DNA of 64,000 bases from Opitutia bacterium (GTDB lineage: Bacteria > Verrucomicrobiota > Verrucomicrobiia > Opitutales > T3Sed10-336). The notes under the pieces were generated by a model. It made no database searches. It worked only from the letters and a program-made list of their open reading frames with translations, and was not told the origin of the DNA. The stretch is from NCBI GenBank assembly GCA_050506795.1, contig JBJHCF010000024.1:1-64000 (forward strand), written 5' to 3'. Below are positions 48,401 to 55,960 of this stretch, piece after piece. Both the position numbers and the translations under genes were made by a program. Positions within the stretch are counted from its first letter, which is position 1. Each line of letters opens with the position of its first letter.

Positions 48401-51047
48401 AGCGGCGTTGCAGATCGTGGAATACAGCGCCGATGGGGAGACATTCGTCCCGTTTGCGGAGGTGGTGGTGACCGAAAATCCGGTCACTCACACCATTGAT
48501 TTCGGAGCGGTCGTGGAGGTTTTCGACAATCCCGATTTTTTGGTGCGGATTCGGTTCGAGCAGGGTGAGGGCGGTACCGAGGGAAACAACCGCTTCGACA
48601 ATATAACCCTTGAAGGGCGTCCTTTGGCGGGCGCTTCAAGTCCTCCAACGGTGACGCCTCCGGCGGGACTGTATCGACTGGTGGAAGAGGGGGCGACGGT
48701 GCAGATCGATCTCTCGCAAGTTTTTACCAGCACGGATGGCAGTGTCCTTGATGTTGCGGTTGAGGCGGAGGGCGACGATGTGTTTGGCATTACGTTGGAG
48801 AATTACATCCTGACCATCGATCCTCAGAGGCGGGGTGACGGGAGGATCCTGCTGACCGCGGACAATAACGTGCATCCGGCGGTTTCGGTGGCATTTCGAG
48901 TCCTCGTTTTCCCATCCGCCTATCCGTTAAGGGACGGCATGTTTTCCTTTGACGCATGGTCGCCCGACGAGCCCGCCGGGAGTTATCCGGAACATATGCT
49001 CTTTATGCAAAGCGCGGAAAGCGACACCGGAATCGGAACTTCCCTTGATTACGCCTACCGCATTCCTCCCGGAGACGCGGCGGACCAACTGGACGTCGGT
49101 TTTCCATACCGGGCGGAATCGAGAACCAGAATCAACGGCTTGGGCGAGGACGGCATCGCGTTTATCAATACGGGAAGGGGAAGAGATTTGGGCGGGGCTT
49201 TGCTGGCGTTGGACACCCGTGAGGTCGAATATGCACCGGTGAGTTGGCTTGCCGGCACGGTGCTTCCCAATGAGCGGGTTTACGCCATTCGGCTGCAATA
49301 CCGGGTGGGAATGGAAGGGAAATTTTTAGATTTGCGACATGACAACGGCGAACCCGTCGAATACGTGCGCAATGCGATGCCGGACCACGTAATGGCAATG
49401 GCCCCGGTTCTCCTGCCTCCGGAGGCGCTGGGAGAGGAATACGTGCAGGTGCTTTGGCGGTACTACCGGGTTTCGGGTGATTCAGGGCCCAGAGCCCAAT
49501 TGCGGCTGGACGATATTCGGGTCGCCAACACCGAGCCGGGATCGGCGACGGCCCTGGTATTTGCCGAGCAACCGCCGGAATGGAGTCAGAGTGGGGGAAC
49601 CCTGCCGCCGGTGGTGGTGCGCGCTGTCGATGAAAGCGGCCAATTGAACACAGGCTACCAGGGGCAGGCCAGCGTCGAAATCATCGGGGAGGGTACGCTG
49701 GCGGGTGAGGTGAACACGGCCATAATTAACGGGATAGCGGTCTTTGATGGCTTGTCTCCGGAAGGCGCCGGGGTGTTTACGCTGTCGGCTTCATCGGATG
49801 GGCTTGAATCCGCGCAAAGTGATCCTTTCAACCTGGTGCGGGTGGGTGAGGAAGTGATGCCGCGGTACATGCAGGGGAACCAGGATCAGAATAACGACAA
49901 TAACGACCGCGTGCCTTTTGCATTTCGATTGAAATTGGAGGGATTAAAGCCGGGAGCGGTGTACCGGTACGGCAATCGCGTGATCACGGCGGACGACCCT
50001 TCCGACCAGAACGGCGCCGGTAACGCGATTCTCGTGACAGGATCGGACACGCACTGGATACGCAATACGGATTCGCCGCGGTTTCGTCCGGGGGACTACG
50101 GGCTGCGTCATCTGACCTTCACCACCGACGAAAATGGGACTTACGCGGGTTGGTTTGTTACCGAACCGACCGGCAACCGGCGCTTTGAGCCCGGCAACAC
50201 GGTATTTATCCGCCTTCTGCTCAATGATGGAGCCGGAGGCGAGGAACTGTTTCATTTTCTCGATACCGGCGGAGACATTCAGGTGATTGCTTTTGGAGAG
50301 GGGGCGAATCAGGGGAGCGCGTTGACGGGTGAATCCGAAATCGGACCGCGCAACTTCATCGTCTACTACGACAACCCCGAAGGGGAAGGGCGTCCCCTGG
50401 GGGCCACGCCTGTGGAGGTGACCGGAAGCGCGATCGACAACCGGTATGCCACGTTCTACCATGAAACGGTTGCCACGGCCGACCAGCGATGGGGAGGGAT
50501 TTTCCCCAATAACCTTTCGAGCGGCATTCGCCGGATCGAAGAACGCCGCTTTAGCGGTGGCGCCGTTCACCGGGTGTATGAAGCTCCGGACGGTTTTCCG
50601 GGAACGGTCGAAGCCTCGGGCGGGCTGGAACCGCTGCTGTTGGATCTGCAGCCGGATGTCCTCTTCGCGCGATTCGATGACTGGCGGAATGCGGTGTTTG
50701 ACGATCCTTCCGCGGAAGCGAGCGGGCCGGATGGAGATCCGAGTGGTCAGGGGGTGAAAAACCTTCTGCGGTACGCCTTCGGTATGGAAATCGATGAGCC
50801 CCCTTACCCCAGGCTGCCCAGACTGGGAAAAGTGGATGGCGACCTGCGTCTGCGGTTCCATCTGTTGAATGCGCGGAGCGACATCGTTTACCTGGTGGAA
50901 GCGACCGGGGATCTGGAGGACTGGACTGAAACGCTGTTTGATTCCCGTATTGACGATACCGGTACCGGTAATGGACTTTTCGAAATCAAACTGGACGGAA
51001 ACACCGGAAACCAAAGATTCTATCGCGTGCGGATTCTCATGGAATGA
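42489..51047 (+). CDS. Giant (~2850 aa) secreted protein: ConA-like domain, five lamin-tail domains, CBM-like module, CotH kinase, Ig-like domains, C-terminal Verrucomicrobia-type tail
   Basis: Signal peptide; five (I/L)xI(S/N)E..(F/Y/W)(I/V)E(L/I) LTD starts at about 43620, 44108, 44506, 47184 and 47673; CotH motifs RYRG, RE..GY, GELFK, SDWDGY..KN, WDLD; start moved to ATG 42489. Confidence 0.85.
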   Translation: MIPARLRFVLVSLMGAIIGALALPAGDLRGENTAPLSSGGGSFSDQFDYEHDFVADGVEGTGWDRVTGVQSATGPRIEARNGVLHMTSSGTAGDANPLSIARGVPTGVDLQATVQLVDAPSQGNTFERSYVNFSAPMLYIGRSDNERGISHYVSHHFFEAFNLGNGMQVVENFNRTHDGSFTSAPGYPWMRIEFEHQNARVRALRSLDGENWEEFGSRTLEALTASGAELEIGLIHAVWGGNPDPDDAYIEWDNFEIRELFDNLEITLIEPQEGFDERDDPEVTFVAEVIDRGGVGIESVSLVIDGEVIATDTSSQEGIYAFVHKIESEVIEWEIVAYDWAGERYGQSRRLIRDLGASQLDIGGIPRESLHRSSRRTGLVISEIMYRPGAWAEGQTLEFIELYNSEPTAADIGGWRLGGEIRYVFPQGTVIPGEGFLVVAASPGQVEAEYGLSGVLGGYEGTLDRSEGEVLLYHRNGGVLLEAAYSSAHPWAAAAGGAGHSLVLARPSYGEGSATAWEASRVRGGSPGAHEPETTAELDAIKINELLARDEADEVTVSFVELYNHSREPVDLSGAFLSDRPDANRFQIPEGVIVPAGGFLAYDETELGFSFDASGGGVYLVSPGEDRVIDAVRFEPLADGVSLGRFPDGAPEFRRLAEPTPASPNGGLFNGPIVISEIMFNPISGSELDTYVELHNRGDDVVNLGGWRFAAGIRFTFPAGTSLAPGGYLVVARDRNRLIDRYPNLNSGNTVGNFGGRLSNSGERLAIAMPVSRPGGRIEHVVVNEVTYRDGGRWGEWANRDGSSIELRDPRSDNRRSANWTHSDESEKGEWTLIEHTGVMSHGSGPADQLHILLPSAGHALIDEVEVRVEGGPNLVTNGTFDSGIQGWLAQGHHVTSHWSPDEGFQGGGSLRLEASGSGDTGANRVRVQLAEALPSGSTVTLRARARWIAGHPQVLLRLRGNYLEVMGDLHVPSNLGTPGAPNSVHLTNAGPAIYDARHSPVLPAANQPVAVTARAHDPDGVSGLILHYRVDPAGDYTAVPMLDDGEGRDAVAGDGLYTTVIPGQAANTLIAYYIEAVDEQGATATYPENPSEYEALVRFGDRNRPGSYLTYHMWFTDEVIEEWESREVLSNRRLPGTLVYGNRVIHNIGARYRGSPWRRPTGFSFQVPRDERLLGAREFNLNGIHHTDSSAQRELMGYWIAEQIGLAFSHQTYIHLYRNGRGQQLGANVFTDIQHIESEYLQSWFPDDDRGELFKIDDWFEFTPTFSFISVQNARLLPYREADGTLKQARYRWSWNKRSNRWLDDDYSNLFQLVEAVNTEDEQRYTAAVESVADIEQWMRVFAIRRIVSDWDGYGYNRGKNAWTYKPERGPWQMILWDLDKGIGADNSSPTASLFGADDPVVVRMYNHPPFRRAYWRAFHDAVHGPLLAGAFGAKVDANYAAFVENGLNVTGTQPLKDWINTRRNYLINQLNTVQTDLAINGTEVENGRVELAGVAPVGARTLTINGAEYPLIWDSETEWRVTLPLDRGQNPFVVRSFDSNGQLLDETGTTVNWPSTPANPVVSLAINEILYHPADPRTEFVEIHNTSSEHTFSLGGYRLDELDFTFAQGTLIEPGAFLLVVRDRTAFQNAFGVGRPIAGEFSGAFPQRNVSLRLLRPATDTVSGLLLDQVYYLPSRPWPSAGSASGSSYQRVDPGQSGDHPGNWVLAPPTPGEPNSAREDLPAFPSLWLNELQAVNTGTVTDAFGEAGPWVELYYSGSQVLSLNGFYLSNDADDLAMWTFPQGATIEPASYALVWLDGQSGLTESDEWHASFAMDADAGELFLSREAEGEHRVIDAIGYDGLPAGHSVGRHPDGAGAAPVRLSSPTPGSPNSIPPLSLLHYWNFNDSEDLLGSSYTVGGGSLTVEEGVWGEAFADDGQGFAGTNARFGDPAGTHLRFNFPLVGSITIAASTTGHQDVTLSYETSRSGQGAALQIVEYSADGETFVPFAEVVVTENPVTHTIDFGAVVEVFDNPDFLVRIRFEQGEGGTEGNNRFDNITLEGRPLAGASSPPTVTPPAGLYRLVEEGATVQIDLSQVFTSTDGSVLDVAVEAEGDDVFGITLENYILTIDPQRRGDGRILLTADNNVHPAVSVAFRVLVFPSAYPLRDGMFSFDAWSPDEPAGSYPEHMLFMQSAESDTGIGTSLDYAYRIPPGDAADQLDVGFPYRAESRTRINGLGEDGIAFINTGRGRDLGGALLALDTREVEYAPVSWLAGTVLPNERVYAIRLQYRVGMEGKFLDLRHDNGEPVEYVRNAMPDHVMAMAPVLLPPEALGEEYVQVLWRYYRVSGDSGPRAQLRLDDIRVANTEPGSATALVFAEQPPEWSQSGGTLPPVVVRAVDESGQLNTGYQGQASVEIIGEGTLAGEVNTAIINGIAVFDGLSPEGAGVFTLSASSDGLESAQSDPFNLVRVGEEVMPRYMQGNQDQNNDNNDRVPFAFRLKLEGLKPGAVYRYGNRVITADDPSDQNGAGNAILVTGSDTHWIRNTDSPRFRPGDYGLRHLTFTTDENGTYAGWFVTEPTGNRRFEPGNTVFIRLLLNDGAGGEELFHFLDTGGDIQVIAFGEGANQGSALTGESEIGPRNFIVYYDNPEGEGRPLGATPVEVTGSAIDNRYATFYHETVATADQRWGGIFPNNLSSGIRRIEERRFSGGAVHRVYEAPDGFPGTVEASGGLEPLLLDLQPDVLFARFDDWRNAVFDDPSAEASGPDGDPSGQGVKNLLRYAFGMEIDEPPYPRLPRLGKVDGDLRLRFHLLNARSDIVYLVEATGDLEDWTETLFDSRIDDTGTGNGLFEIKLDGNTGNQRFYRVRILME

Positions 51048-51098
51048 GGTTTTCACCGGTCGCTTGACAGTGAATTCGCGCCGTATCATTTCAAGACC

Positions 51099-52805
51099 AT
51101 GACCCAACATTCCAAGCCTCCTCACTCATCCGCCACCCGGCCTTGCCTCGAAGGGGAAATGGCGGGAATGATCGCGCGCTTCACCCAGGACTGGGATTCG
51201 GTGAGCCGTTTCTATCGAATTGCCGCTTCCAGGGAGGACCGGGATCGCAGGCTTGCTTTTTTGGGTGATACGAGACGCAGCCTGGAGGAAGTTGCTTTTG
51301 ATTCACTGGGACCGGACGATCGAATCGACTGGATCGCAATGAGGGACTGGCTGGATGCGACCATTGCCCGTGAGCGTCAACGGCAGGTGCAGGAAGAGGA
51401 AATTGTGGACCTTGTGCCCTTTGCCGATCGGATCGCGGAACTCGCGCATCGGAGACGGAGTGCGGAGCGACCGGAAGGCAAGGAACTCGCGGCAATCCTT
51501 GACGCGATAAGAACGGCGACCGAAACCTGCCGGAACAGCATTACGGATCGGGCACCTGAAGGCGCTTCCCGCGAAATCACCCAAAAGGAGAAGGTTCTGG
51601 CCTTGAGGGCCTGCAAGCTTATCGTGAAGTTGCGGGCGGATCTTGAGGAGTGGGCGACGTTTTATCGTGATTATGATCCGGGTATCACCTGGTGGATCGG
51701 ACGTCCCTACGAAGCGTTGAGAAGCGCTCTGGACTCCTATGCCAAACGGCTGCGGAGTGCGGTGCTCGGGGAACAGGTCGATGGCAAGGGAGAGGAGCCG
51801 GTGGTGGGCGATCCGATTGGGCGGGAGGCACTTTTGAATGAACTCGCGGCTGAGTGGATTGCCTACGAGCCGGAGAAGCTGATCGAACTGGCTGAGAAGG
51901 AATGGGAGTGGTGCGAAAAGGAGCGGCTCAAAGCGGCCCGCGAGATGGGGCTGGGGAACGACTGGCGGGCGGCATTGACACGCATAAACGAGGACTATCT
52001 GCAACCCGGCGAGCAACCCGGTTTGGTGATGGACCTCGCCCGGGAGGCGATCGCGTATCTGAAAGACAATGACCTGGTGACGGTGCCGGAGCTTTGTGAG
52101 GCGACCTGGGAAATGAAGATGATGACGCCCGAGCGTCAGAAGGTTAACCCCTACTTTACCGGAGGTCAGACCATTAGCGTTTCTTTTCCCACCCAGGGAA
52201 TGAGCCATGAGGAAAAACTGATGAGTCTGCGAGGGAATAATCGGCATTTTGCCAGGGCTACCGTACAGCATGAATTGATTCCCGGACATCACCTGCAGAT
52301 GTTTATGTCCGATCGTTACCGTCCGTACCGGAAAATCTTCAGGACGCCGTTCTTTCTTGAAGGATGGGCACTGTATTGGGAAATCATTCTTTACGAAAAA
52401 GGGTTCCATCACACACCCGAAGGCCGAACGGGAGCCCTGTTCTGGCGAATGCACCGGGCGGCACGGGTGATCTTTTCACTGCGTTTCCATCTCGGTCAAA
52501 TGACCGCGGATGAAGCGGTTGCGTTTTTGGAGCGGGAGGTTGGACACGAGCACCGCAACGCGGTTGCCGAGGTGCGGCGTTCGGTATCGGATGACTACCC
52601 TCCGTTGTACCAGGCCGCGTATCTCATCGGTGGGCTTCAAATGCGGGCATTACGGGCGGAGTTGGTCGATTCGGGGAAGATGGAGGAGAAGGCGTTTCAT
52701 GATGCGATTCTGCAGCAGAGCTACCTGCCGATCGAGCTGTTACAGGCGGCATTGCGTGGCGATTCGCTGGAGAAGGACAGTCGCGGCCAATGGAAATTCG
52801 ATTGA
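51099..52805 (+). CDS. DUF885 family putative metallopeptidase
   Basis: VQHELIPGHHLQ, FLEGWALYWE, WRMHRAARV, QAAYLIG; no evident signal peptide. Confidence 0.85.
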   Translation: MTQHSKPPHSSATRPCLEGEMAGMIARFTQDWDSVSRFYRIAASREDRDRRLAFLGDTRRSLEEVAFDSLGPDDRIDWIAMRDWLDATIARERQRQVQEEEIVDLVPFADRIAELAHRRRSAERPEGKELAAILDAIRTATETCRNSITDRAPEGASREITQKEKVLALRACKLIVKLRADLEEWATFYRDYDPGITWWIGRPYEALRSALDSYAKRLRSAVLGEQVDGKGEEPVVGDPIGREALLNELAAEWIAYEPEKLIELAEKEWEWCEKERLKAAREMGLGNDWRAALTRINEDYLQPGEQPGLVMDLAREAIAYLKDNDLVTVPELCEATWEMKMMTPERQKVNPYFTGGQTISVSFPTQGMSHEEKLMSLRGNNRHFARATVQHELIPGHHLQMFMSDRYRPYRKIFRTPFFLEGWALYWEIILYEKGFHHTPEGRTGALFWRMHRAARVIFSLRFHLGQMTADEAVAFLEREVGHEHRNAVAEVRRSVSDDYPPLYQAAYLIGGLQMRALRAELVDSGKMEEKAFHDAILQQSYLPIELLQAALRGDSLEKDSRGQWKFD

Positions 52806-52838
52806 TCGGGGCTTGATTCCCTTGCCGTCGTGAACCAG

Positions 52839-52878
52839 AAAAAAAGGGGACGCTGTCTGCGGCATCCGCTTATTTTTT
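52839..52878. terminator. Probable bidirectional intrinsic terminator
   Basis: A7-GGGGACGCTG-TCTG-CGGCATCC-GCTTA-T6 between convergent transcription units. Confidence 0.6.
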
Positions 52879-52934
52879 ATGGGGCATTCTTCTTACCTGC
52901 CCGGGCGATCTTCCAAGCGGAGCAACGGCCGTTA

Positions 52935-53090
52935 TCACTTGACCAGACCTGTCTCCGGCACCTCGATGGACACCCGCTGCCGATGCAGGCTCCAGCCGTC
53001 ACTCGTCCAGTGGGCCATGACCATTTCATCGTGGTCGATCTGCACGACGAAGAAATCGCCCGGCGAATTGCCGCGCTGGGCCGCGCCGTT
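52935..53090 (-). pseudogene. Start-less 3' remnant of a metallophosphoesterase-like gene
   Basis: Hand translation NGAAQRGNSPGDFFVVQIDHDEMVMAHWTSDGWSLHRQRVSIEVPETGLVK* with a double stop. It resembles the C-terminal strands of the MPEs at 38358 (GFAVYRLLGDEMVRV..DTWG) and 54480 (AFWYCRVEDEELVV..GW). Confidence 0.55.
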
Positions 53091-54442
53091 TAATCCTGCA
53101 TAAAAACCTCCGAATGCGGCGCCCCGGTTGCGCCGGGGAGAGAGAGGCCGAGGAGCGAAGCCCCCGTTGGTCCGATATCCTCCATTCGGATCAGGGGAAT
53201 GACGCCCCCCTCGCGCACGCCGGCGCCCCAGGCAATAAACCCGGTCCTCATCTTTTCGATATCGGAATGGTGGCCGTGGGATCCTCCCGAAGCGGGCACG
53301 GCATCTTCGCCCGACCCGCTTTCTCCGAAGGTCGCACCGTCCGCGGCGGCCAGCGCCAGGACGGCATCGGGGTCGGAACCGAGCTTCCGGAGGCCCTCTT
53401 CATCAATCACATCGAACAAGAGGCGCGTGGAAGCGGGCAGGTTCTTGAGCAGGTTCCGTACTTCCTCCAGAGCCTCCCGGTCGTCGGGGTCCCGCAATCT
53501 CAAGAACGCCGAGCCGCCCGCTGTTTTAAACGTTGCGCGCCATTCGTCACGGGTCAGGGTGGTATCCCGCAAGCCCGCCTCCACCAGCCAGACATTGGGT
53601 TGGACCCTGACAGTGAAATCGACAAACCCGTGGTCGCCGGTGACAATCACCGCTGTTTCGTCCAGGATCCCGGCCCTCCGGCACGCTGCGATCATTCGTG
53701 TCATCACGCGGTCGGCCAGTGCGACCGCGCGGCGCACTTCAACGTGCTCCCGTCCGTGCCGGTGCTGTGCGGAATCGGTGTTGGTGACATGAATGAGCAC
53801 CAGGTTGGGCGTGTACTCTTCAATCATATATTCCGCAATCGGTCCGGCAGTCTCGGCACTGGTGACTCCCTGGACCCTGCCTGTCCCGAGGACCCTTTCT
53901 CGCAGTTCCTCCACAAATCCTTCCGGAGTTGTCGTCCCTTGCGCTGCGGCTCCCCAGACATCGGGAATATTGTAGTCGATTGTGGCATGGACCGCGACAG
54001 GCCATTTCAAGCCGGCTGATGTCCCCCCGGCCTCATGCACAATATCCCAGAGGGTCGGCACTTTGATCGCGTCGGCGTACCAGTACCATTCCCCGGTTGC
54101 CTCTCCCGGGAGGAACGGCGTGTTGTACAAAATCCCGTGGTCGGCGGGCAACGCACCGGTGACGAGGGTGGTGTGGGAGGGAAAGGTCACACTGGGGAAA
54201 ATCCCATACACGCCTTGTGCGTGGGTGCCTTCGCGGGCCATTTGCTGCAGGGTGGGAGCCGGCCACGTCTCGTCGAGGTAAAATTCGGGGCGGAGCCCGT
54301 CTATGGAAAACAGGATTAGATGTTTCGCCGGGGCGCCTGCGGTTGCTGATTCCCGTTCGGGTTCCTGGCCGTAAACATCAGGCGAACCCAAAACGGCAGC
54401 CAGCAGGATTAAGGGGAATGAGAAAGGCGAAAATTTACACAT
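53090..54442 (-). CDS. Secreted nucleotide pyrophosphatase/phosphodiesterase (alkaline phosphatase superfamily)
   Basis: Signal peptide; SIDG, PSVTFPSHTT (Thr nucleophile), DSAQH, GDHG, SHGH. Confidence 0.9.
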   Translation of the reverse strand: MCKFSPFSFPLILLAAVLGSPDVYGQEPERESATAGAPAKHLILFSIDGLRPEFYLDETWPAPTLQQMAREGTHAQGVYGIFPSVTFPSHTTLVTGALPADHGILYNTPFLPGEATGEWYWYADAIKVPTLWDIVHEAGGTSAGLKWPVAVHATIDYNIPDVWGAAAQGTTTPEGFVEELRERVLGTGRVQGVTSAETAGPIAEYMIEEYTPNLVLIHVTNTDSAQHRHGREHVEVRRAVALADRVMTRMIAACRRAGILDETAVIVTGDHGFVDFTVRVQPNVWLVEAGLRDTTLTRDEWRATFKTAGGSAFLRLRDPDDREALEEVRNLLKNLPASTRLLFDVIDEEGLRKLGSDPDAVLALAAADGATFGESGSGEDAVPASGGSHGHHSDIEKMRTGFIAWGAGVREGGVIPLIRMEDIGPTGASLLGLSLPGATGAPHSEVFMQD

Positions 54443-54479
54443 GGTTTGCTCATTTTGAGGATGACGTGTTGCGGATCAA

Positions 54480-55640
54480 TTATTGGTATAATGGAAGTCG
54501 CCAGACTTCCGATCTCCATCCCCAGTTGTTCGCCGCCCATCCGGTTTCCGTGCCCGTGGAAAAAGCCTCGCGGACAACCAGTTCCTCGTCTTCAACACGG
54601 CAGTACCAGAATGCACGGTTGCCGCCGCCGGCGGCTGAGTTATTGCTGCCCATGATGCGGTAGCCGCCCGGCGCGCCCTGGTTATTTGTCCCATCCCACG
54701 TGCCGATCTGCCGTCCGTGCAGGTGACCGTGAAAGATTCCGACGACATTGTAGCCCTGAAGTGCCTCGTGATAGGCTCTTACGTCGCACGGATGCCACCA
54801 GTCGCTCGTCCGCCCGCTGGAATCCGGATCACACGCGTCGGGATCGCTGAAACGGAAAATATCCACGTGCTGGAGGAGCACCACCGGTTTGCCGGTATCG
54901 CCGACATTCCTGGCGAGATCATTCACGAGGAAGTCGTAACTGTTAAACGGCTCCATACGCCCATGTTCGAGGCCGTCCGGGTGGTGGCCGACCACGTGTC
55001 CCAGGGTGATAAAGTGAATTCCGCCCCAATCCCACGAGCAATGCTGCTTGTACTCCGGTTCAAGGTTCATGATCGCGCCCCGATCCAAGCGGCTTTGGTT
55101 GCGATTGTAGATCCCCTCCAGTGCCGGGGTCCACTCGCGCGTGCTGTCATGGTTGCCGAACAGTTCATACACGGGGTAGCGGAGAATATGGCCGTCAGTG
55201 CCGGTCATCCCGTAGTCCCTGACAAATTCATCCCATTCGGTGTGCTGCCGCGCCTCCCAGATGGCGCCGGTCTTGTCGCCGCTGTCAATCATATCTCCCA
55301 AGTGGATTACCGCCCGAGGCTCCGTTACCTCCGTACCTCCGATATTATTCGGCAGCGCCTTACCCGGGAGTTCGTTCAGGCGGTCCAGCAGTCGCTTGTT
55401 GACGACATCAATCCACTGCACCAATTCGTCGGTCTTATCGCCCACACGCGCATCGTAGTGCGTGTCGGTCACAATCAGAAACGACAGCGGATCCGCTGTC
55501 GCCGACGAGGCGACTGCGTGCGCCGTGCCGGCGCGGATGTTCGGCAGGGAAAATCCGGTCGTTGGCAGGAGACTGATTGCGGCGCCCGCGGTGGTCAGAT
55601 TCTTGATAAATCGGCGCCTGCTCTGTAAATCATTTTTCAT
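54480..55640 (-). CDS. Tat-exported calcineurin-like metallophosphoesterase
   Basis: SRRRFIK twin-arginine signal; TDTH, GDMID, GNHD, LQH, GHLH. Confidence 0.9.
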   Translation of the reverse strand: MKNDLQSRRRFIKNLTTAGAAISLLPTTGFSLPNIRAGTAHAVASSATADPLSFLIVTDTHYDARVGDKTDELVQWIDVVNKRLLDRLNELPGKALPNNIGGTEVTEPRAVIHLGDMIDSGDKTGAIWEARQHTEWDEFVRDYGMTGTDGHILRYPVYELFGNHDSTREWTPALEGIYNRNQSRLDRGAIMNLEPEYKQHCSWDWGGIHFITLGHVVGHHPDGLEHGRMEPFNSYDFLVNDLARNVGDTGKPVVLLQHVDIFRFSDPDACDPDSSGRTSDWWHPCDVRAYHEALQGYNVVGIFHGHLHGRQIGTWDGTNNQGAPGGYRIMGSNNSAAGGGNRAFWYCRVEDEELVVREAFSTGTETGWAANNWGWRSEVWRLPLYQ

Positions 55641-55839
55641 GATATCTCAACCTGTTATCGTTTCTTGGCTTTCCGGAGACGAAGGACAAGGAATCATCTA
55701 ATATGGCACTGTCGCGCATAACTTCGATGCCGCAAAAACCATCAAACTCACATTGCGGAAACGCGGGAAACCCACTGATTAGGCATGAATGGAAATCCCT
55801 GCGTTCCAGGTTAATTTCGCGCGCTTTCGCCGCCGTTGC

Positions 55840-55869
55840 GTTTTAACCGGTTCTTCTTTCGCGTGTCAA
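55840..55869 (-). promoter_or_regulatory. Putative sigma70 promoter for the MPE-NPP unit
   Basis: Minus strand TTGACA-N18-TAAAAC, about 200 nt upstream of the ATG at 55640. Confidence 0.35.
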
Positions 55870-55960
55870 TGCTTTTGGGACTCTGTCGACGAAGTCCGAC
55901 GCACTCCTGGCTCCTTAAAGAGGAAAGGTGGGGAATGGCGAAACTACAGGGTGCCCTGTA

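Noticed and set aside
51064..51089. TTGACA...TATCAT promoter before DUF885
   Set aside because: The spacer is only 14 nt, so it is not a credible sigma70 promoter as read.
52830..53093. 87-aa plus-strand ORF after DUF885
   Set aside because: It runs through the terminator and is antisense to the more protein-like MPE remnant.
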